Positions 59,261-64,000 of a stretch of 64,000 nt of DNA are shown in pieces (positions within the stretch are counted from its first letter, which is position 1; each line of letters opens with the position of its first letter). Both the position numbers and the translations under genes were made by a program. Origin of the DNA: an uncultured candidatus Porisulfidus sp. Its GTDB lineage: Bacteria; Pseudomonadota; Gammaproteobacteria; Poriferisulfidales; Poriferisulfidaceae. The stretch covers positions 901,850-965,849 of the forward strand of contig OZ241993.1 in assembly GCA_965204575.1 (NCBI GenBank). Direction: 5' to 3'. The notes beneath the pieces were generated by a model. It saw only the letters and a list, made by a program, of their open reading frames with translations, had not been told where the DNA came from and did no database searches.

Positions 59261-60670
59261 TTATTTCCCTTCCGGCTCCAGCTCGGTTTCGGTCACTTCT
59301 GCCGAGATCGAGCCGTCGGAAACCCGCAATTCGAGGGCATCACCGACACGGGTCTGGCTGGTCTTCCGGATTAATTCAGGTCCGGACGGAGCCTTCAGGG
59401 TCGCGATCGCATAGCCGCGCTCGAGGGTGCGCAACGGGCTGACCGCCTCAAGGGTTCCACTCGCTTGCTTTAGTCTGGCGCGCAAGGCTCGGTGCAGGTT
59501 CCGGGTTGCCGCATTGATCCGCCACCGGTATTGCTGGATTGCCTGCTCCAACCTGGCCAGGCGCGGGGTCGGTGAGCAGGCAAGCAGGCGGCGGTGGGCC
59601 AGGGCCAACTGATGCTGCCGTCGCTCCATCCGTTGGCGGAGTACCTGAACCAGGTGTTCGGATGTCTCATCCAGTCGCTGCTGGTGTCCCCTGATTTGGG
59701 CAGCCGGGTGGGCCAGCTCGAGCCGGTGGCTTTGAGTGTCCAGTTCCCGATAGACCTGTTTCAGGCGAAGGCCGAGGAAACTATGGAGTCGCCCCAGAAA
59801 TCTCAGGCCTTGCTGTCTGAGCGAAGCCATGTCCGGGCTTGCCTGTTCCGCTGCTGCAGTCGGAGTGGCTGCTCGGACATCGGCAGCGAAATCGGCCAGG
59901 GAGGTGTCGGTCTCGTGACCGATTCCGGTAATCAGAGGAATCGGGCAGGCGGCGACCGCCCGCACGACCGCCTCGTGGCTGAAAGCCAAGAGGTCTTCGA
60001 AGCTGCCGCCTCCCCGCGCCAGGATCAGGACCTCGCACCGGTCATCCCGGGAAGCGAGGGAAAGGGCCTCGGCTAACGAAGCTGGAGCTTCTTCGCCTTG
60101 GACTCTTGACGGGTAGACGCAAAGCCGGGCGATTGGCCAACGCCGACGCAGGGTCCGCGCCACGTCCCGCAATGCCGCACCGTCGGTCGAGGTGATCACG
60201 CCGATCATCATGGGGTAGGGGGGCAGGGCCTGCTTTCGCTGCGGGTCGAACAGCCCTTCGTCTCTGAGCTTAGCCTTCAATTCCTCCAGACGCCGCAACA
60301 ATTCTCCCCGGCCTTCCGGCTCCATGTCCTCGACGACCAGTTGGTAGCTGCCCCGCTGTACGTACAGGTCGACCCGAGCCCGGACCCGAATGGCGTCCCC
60401 GTCTTGGGGGGCGAACGAAACCCGCTGGTTCCGGTTGCGGAACATGGCGCAACGGATTTCCGAGTCCGGGTCCTTTAGGGTGAAGTACCAGTGGCCGGAG
60501 GCGTATCGCTTCAGGCCGCTGATCTCCCCGCGCACGATAACTTCCGAAAAGTTTTCCAGCAGGAGCGTCCGGACCTGCTGGTTGATTTCGGCGACGGTAT
60601 AGACGAGGGAGGCGGGCACGGGATTTCGAAGAAATAGCCTCCACGATTGTAGGCTATATGCTAAAATCAA
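59261..60670 (-). CDS. xseA: exodeoxyribonuclease VII large subunit
   Basis: 469 aa. OB fold (VRGEISGLKRYASGHWYFTLKD) and catalytic region aligned to E. coli XseA. The exact start is uncertain. Confidence 0.85.
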   Translation of the reverse strand: MILAYSLQSWRLFLRNPVPASLVYTVAEINQQVRTLLLENFSEVIVRGEISGLKRYASGHWYFTLKDPDSEIRCAMFRNRNQRVSFAPQDGDAIRVRARVDLYVQRGSYQLVVEDMEPEGRGELLRRLEELKAKLRDEGLFDPQRKQALPPYPMMIGVITSTDGAALRDVARTLRRRWPIARLCVYPSRVQGEEAPASLAEALSLASRDDRCEVLILARGGGSFEDLLAFSHEAVVRAVAACPIPLITGIGHETDTSLADFAADVRAATPTAAAEQASPDMASLRQQGLRFLGRLHSFLGLRLKQVYRELDTQSHRLELAHPAAQIRGHQQRLDETSEHLVQVLRQRMERRQHQLALAHRRLLACSPTPRLARLEQAIQQYRWRINAATRNLHRALRARLKQASGTLEAVSPLRTLERGYAIATLKAPSGPELIRKTSQTRVGDALELRVSDGSISAEVTETELEPEGK

Positions 60671-60685
60671 AACCCGGCCGAGTGA

Positions 60686-60762
<77 letters not shown>

Positions 60763-60783
60763 CCGCAGTTGACTTTAGGAATA

Positions 60784-60806
60784 GGGAGCCTCTTGGCTCC
60801 TTTCCG
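60784..60806 (+). terminator. rho-independent terminator-like hairpin GGAGCC-tctt-GGCTCC followed by TTTCC
   Basis: Perfect 6-bp GC-rich stem 20 nt downstream of the tRNA, followed by a T-rich tract. Confidence 0.45.
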
Positions 60807-61024
60807 TTCATATAGCCCTCCACATAGTGTTTCAGCCCTTCGCCCGCATGGCCGAAGCCATGGCGCGCATAGTCCTGTTGACCAAGGCGAGAAACTCTTC
60901 GCGACTACGTGGGTGCGCTGATCATCAGTGCCCGGCGCTGGCTGGAGGAGAACGAACAGGGGTTGATCATCGACCTGTACCGACCCCTGTTTGTTGAGCA
61001 TCCCGGAACGGGGTCGGATGAGGG

Positions 61025-61477
61025 CTAGTTGCGGGCGTAGATCGCCTCCGCGTAACGCTTTAATCCTTCAGCCACATCGATAAAACCGCGGCGCATGTAG
61101 CCCCCGTTCAGCAGCAAGACTACCGGAGCCATCAAACCGGTCAGTTGGTCCGTGTTGTGATAGGTGCAGCGGGTTTCATCCACTGGCTCCAGGATCTGCT
61201 GCCGCACCGCAACCAGGAACCAGCGGGCTCCGAACGTCTTGGTCCAGGCGATAAGCTCGGGCTTCTCGAACGCGCACACGGTTTCGGTGATCTTCATCAT
61301 CGTCGGTCCCATTCTGACCCGCAGGTGTACAGGCGACCCGATCTTGAAATCCGTTTGAGCCTGCGGCGTGAACGGGTTCCACTCTCCGTATTTTCCGACC
61401 TCGGTCAAGACGCCCCAGACAAAGCCAATTGGCGCGTTGATCTGAATGGGGTCGGTGCGGACTTCAAATTTTCTCAT
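61025..61477 (-). CDS. SRPBCC-family (polyketide cyclase/dehydrase-like) protein
   Basis: Start at MRKFEVRTDPIQ (150 aa). Helix-grip-type pattern. The track ORF has a 40-codon 5' extension. Confidence 0.5.
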   Translation of the reverse strand: MRKFEVRTDPIQINAPIGFVWGVLTEVGKYGEWNPFTPQAQTDFKIGSPVHLRVRMGPTMMKITETVCAFEKPELIAWTKTFGARWFLVAVRQQILEPVDETRCTYHNTDQLTGLMAPVVLLLNGGYMRRGFIDVAEGLKRYAEAIYARN

Positions 61478-62414
61478 GCTCGCCTCCGTCGGGTTTCTTG
61501 AGCGTTGAAACCCATGCCTCCGATTGCTCCCACAGTTGCTTCGACACGGTCTCGTCCTTGCTCTCGTCAGTCGATTCCCCGATCTTGCAACGTACATAAT
61601 ACTGCCCGCCTTGCAGGGGAGACTGGCTGGCGCACATCACGGTGGTTTGCGCGCCATGCGTTCGGTGCAGCATGACCAGGGGCGCCAGTACGGAACTGAC
61701 TCGGACCCAGATGTCTCCGATCTTCCCTTTCGGGATTCCCATCCGCGCCATGTTGGTGTCGACGGAACCCGGATGCACGGCCATTGAGTGCAGGTTGTAC
61801 TCTTTTGCGAACCGCCTCTCGATTTCGCGCGAAAAGTGAACCATCGCCAGTTTCGACCGTCCGTACGCGCTCAGGGAATGGTAGGTTTTTTCGTCGTTGA
61901 ACAGGTCCTCGTTCTTGCCCTGGTCGTGCAGGTGGGAAGATACGTTGACGACTCGCACATCCCCGCTTTCCAGTCCGCTTTGCTTCAGGAGCGGCAGCAG
62001 CAGGCTCGTCAGATGGAAGGATCCGAGATAGTTGGTACGCCAGTGGATCTCGAAGCCGTCCTCGGTCAGGGGCATCTTTTTCCATGGTTTGAGGACCTCT
62101 TTCAGAATGCCCGCATTGTTGACCAGTACGTGCAGTTTTCCGTCATGGCTTTCCCGGTACCACGTTGCAAAATCGCTGACGCTGTCGCTGTCGCACAGGT
62201 CCAATGAGCGGACCGCGACGTTGTTCTCGTCGACGCCGCTCTTGCGCAGGTCGTCCTTCAGGGACTCTTCCGCTTGCGCGACGTGACGCCGACTGGTGGC
62301 GACGACCGATGCGCCCCAACCTGCAAGGATTCTGGCGGTTTCATAACCGAGGGAATGGGGGCTCGCGCCGGTCACGATGACGTTCCGACCGGACATGTCG
62401 ACTTTTTTCGCCAT
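61464..62414 (-). CDS. short-chain dehydrogenase/reductase (SDR)
   Basis: VIVTGASPHSLGYETARILAGWGASVV Rossmann motif, NNAG, and catalytic YxxxK (YGRSK). The start could be 62414 (MAKK) or 62474. Confidence 0.75.
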   Translation of the reverse strand: MAKKVDMSGRNVIVTGASPHSLGYETARILAGWGASVVATSRRHVAQAEESLKDDLRKSGVDENNVAVRSLDLCDSDSVSDFATWYRESHDGKLHVLVNNAGILKEVLKPWKKMPLTEDGFEIHWRTNYLGSFHLTSLLLPLLKQSGLESGDVRVVNVSSHLHDQGKNEDLFNDEKTYHSLSAYGRSKLAMVHFSREIERRFAKEYNLHSMAVHPGSVDTNMARMGIPKGKIGDIWVRVSSVLAPLVMLHRTHGAQTTVMCASQSPLQGGQYYVRCKIGESTDESKDETVSKQLWEQSEAWVSTLKKPDGGEHEKI

Positions 62415-62489
62415 CGGTTTGGGGGTGAGAAGGCACCACACATGCTTGGCGGTTTTGGAGAGGGCGCGTGACATTTTTTGGCGAAAGAG

Positions 62490-63260
62490 TTAGAGGGATT
62501 CCCGCGATTTTGCCACTAGGGCCTCACTGGCTTCCCATAAGCGGGTCCCATTTTTCGGATCTGATGCGGCTGGCGAGACGGATTTCTTGTGCATCAGGTG
62601 CAGGTACATGCCCGTGGTTTCGCCTGCCGCTTCCGCGCAGCACAGGCAGATGGCGGGCCCGATGGCTTTTTCCGGAGGCGGGAAGAGTAATCTTAATGCC
62701 GGGTGGATGATTGGTTTCAGCGGCAGCGGCGCATCTCTGGCGATATTCGTGGCAACCCCTCCGGGGCATATCGCGTGCACCGCGGCCTCCACATTGTCGC
62801 CGGAGTTGAGGCGCCGGGAAAGTTCGGTGTCGAACGTGCACGGGATCAGCTTGCTCAGGCCGTAGTGTTTCAGGCCTTCTTTCATGCCGTAGTCGGCGAA
62901 TGCACCGAAGCGCTCGAAGTCGATGGCATGGGAAGACCGGTGCGACTCGGAGGAGACAAAGACGATGCGCGGGGTCTTGACCGCCCTGCGCGGCATCAAC
63001 CCGGCATTCATCAGTGCGATGTCGATGCGAATCTCGCGCTGGCTCAGGCGGTCGCAGAAACGGTGCACGGATTCGAGGTCGGCGAGATCCGTCTCCATCA
63101 TCTCCTCGGTTTCGGAGCCGGACAGCCGCTTGATTTCATCGCAGGTGTCGACATGTCCGGGTCGGCAGGCCAGGATCATGTTCCCGCCCCGCCTTGCGAG
63201 TTCGATTGCAGCAGCTCGGCCCAGGCCGCCCGCCCGAGCCACATGCCGCCGCCGGATCAT
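62490..63260 (-). CDS. SDR-family protein with a degenerate or short N-terminus (possible pseudogene)
   Basis: C-terminal SDR core present (NAG, Y..GLSK). The TGxxxGxG position reads VARAGGLGRAAA, only 8 residues from the ATG. The in-frame upstream has no alternative start for 25 codons before a TGA. Confidence 0.45.
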   Translation of the reverse strand: MIRRRHVARAGGLGRAAAIELARRGGNMILACRPGHVDTCDEIKRLSGSETEEMMETDLADLESVHRFCDRLSQREIRIDIALMNAGLMPRRAVKTPRIVFVSSESHRSSHAIDFERFGAFADYGMKEGLKHYGLSKLIPCTFDTELSRRLNSGDNVEAAVHAICPGGVATNIARDAPLPLKPIIHPALRLLFPPPEKAIGPAICLCCAEAAGETTGMYLHLMHKKSVSPAASDPKNGTRLWEASEALVAKSRESL

Positions 63261-63533
63261 CCGTGGCGGAAGATGGGGCAGGCAACGGCCGCGCTGGCTG
63301 AGGCGCGAAACGCCCGACCCGCTTCTTCAACCGGCGTGAATCCTTGAAAAATCTAGCCGATGAGCGGCTCGGCGCTTGACGAATCGGGGATTTCCATGAA
63401 ATCCCGGGCTGCCGCCCGCCCGCCCAACCGAAAAAGGGAAAATTTTAACTTTGTGTTGACACAAATCCGTGAAGCGCCCAAACTTCTTCCTTGTCATACG
63501 ATACAAAGTCATATCTACTCTGGGAGACCCGGC

Positions 63534-64000
63534 ATGGAGCTAGGCAAAAGCATTCCACTGTCCGTGACTTTCGGCCTGTCTTTGTTGCTTGCCGGAACTT
63601 GGCCGTCGGTCGTTCTGGCCGAAGAGGAAGAGGTTGAGGAACTGGTCGTCATTGGGACTCGTGCCCAGCCCCGTTCGGTCATGGATTCCTCGGTTCCCAT
63701 CGACGTGATCGACAGCGAGAGCCTCATCGACCAAGGTTCCAGCGACATGAATTTCATGCTGCGTACTCTCGTGCCGTCATTTCATGTGAATATGCAGCCG
63801 GGCCGTGATGCATCAGCGTTACAGAACCCGATCAATTTGAGGGCATTGGCGCCGGACCATACGCTGATCTTGGTGAACGGGAAGCGCCGCCACCGTGCTG
63901 CAACCATCACGTGGCTCTCCGACGGACGATCGAATGGCGCTCAGGGTCCGGACATCTCCGTCATTCCCGGGATCGCCCTGAAACAAGTGGAGGTGCTGCG
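63534..64000 (+). CDS. TonB-dependent receptor, N-terminal part (3'-truncated by the window edge)
   Basis: MELGKSIPLSVTFGLSLLLAGTWPSVVLA signal peptide, then plug-domain motifs (EELVVIGTRAQ ... IDQGSSDMNFMLRTL ... LRALAPDHTLILVNGKRRH). GGGAG SD upstream. Not in the track because there is no stop codon. Confidence 0.6.
   Translation, partial: MELGKSIPLSVTFGLSLLLAGTWPSVVLAEEEEVEELVVIGTRAQPRSVMDSSVPIDVIDSESLIDQGSSDMNFMLRTLVPSFHVNMQPGRDASALQNPINLRALAPDHTLILVNGKRRHRAATITWLSDGRSNGAQGPDISVIPGIALKQVEVL

Noticed and set aside
63327-63512. 61-aa ORF on the - strand between the SDR and the partial TonB receptor, with the nearby GGGATTTC-cat-GAAATCCC inverted repeat
   Set aside because: No coding signal or homology. 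The inverted repeat may be a regulatory or terminator element, but there is too little context at the window edge to assign it.

Overview
The window looks like a core chromosomal segment of a high-G+C gammaproteobacterium, interrupted by four AT-rich or accessory insertions.

The core gene order is Pseudomonas/Chromatiales-like: leuC-leuD-leuB-asd-fimV-truA-trpF-trpB-trpA-accD-folC ... dedD-cvpA-purF; ftsH-glmM-tpiA-secG-tRNA-Leu; amgK-murU; rpmF-plsX-fabH-uvrC-pgsA; rpsO-pnp; gloB; glnS; xseA-tRNA-fMet. Composition statements below are by-eye estimates, not computed values.

The four insertions are:
1. nt 1 to about 10,097. A low-GC island ends at the 3' end of tRNA-Leu(GAG). It carries a five-gene translationally coupled operon that matches the bacterial coenzyme M biosynthesis set described in Xanthobacter: a ComA-like phosphosulfolactate synthase, two aspartase/fumarase-superfamily lyases, and a PLP-dependent D-cysteine-desulfhydrase-family enzyme. 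Downstream are a CoA-acylating aldehyde dehydrogenase, a GMC oxidoreductase, a GST-like protein and an MFS transporter.
2. About 14.7-17.3 kb. A 2.6-kb AT-rich islet between ftsH and lpxH, with a repeat-containing membrane protein and small secreted or unknown ORFs.
3. About 22.5-25.1 kb. An AT-rich islet in the folC-dedD intergenic region carrying a BrnA-like antitoxin and an AbiEi/AbiEii-like pair. The antitoxin has an extra N-terminal domain that resembles a PD-(D/E)xK nuclease.
4. About 36.2-44.2 kb. A toxin-antitoxin and defence hotspot: RelBE, VapBC, a decayed duplicate of an MNT/HEPN junction, an orphan HigA, an intact MNT-HEPN pair, and a 970-aa single-polypeptide gamma-class N6-adenine methyltransferase fusion (DLACGTG and NPPF motifs). 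The fusion protein may be a Type IIG/IIL-like restriction-modification enzyme or a new defence enzyme. It sits where yceD normally precedes rpmF.

Other notable items:
- A TonB-dependent receptor with unusually His/Asp/Glu-rich low-complexity inserts, including a 36-nt perfect tandem duplication. A 7-3-7 palindrome overlapping a TTGACA, followed by an ATGTAACA direct repeat, lies upstream.
- An orphan electron-transfer module: a small mono-cluster ferredoxin, a GST-like protein and an Fd-FNR reductase.
- A possibly degenerate short-chain dehydrogenase (SDR).
- A second, partial TonB receptor at the window edge.

No CRISPR array, IS element or integrase was seen. Many long ORFs in the six-frame track are GC-driven antisense artefacts and were rejected.
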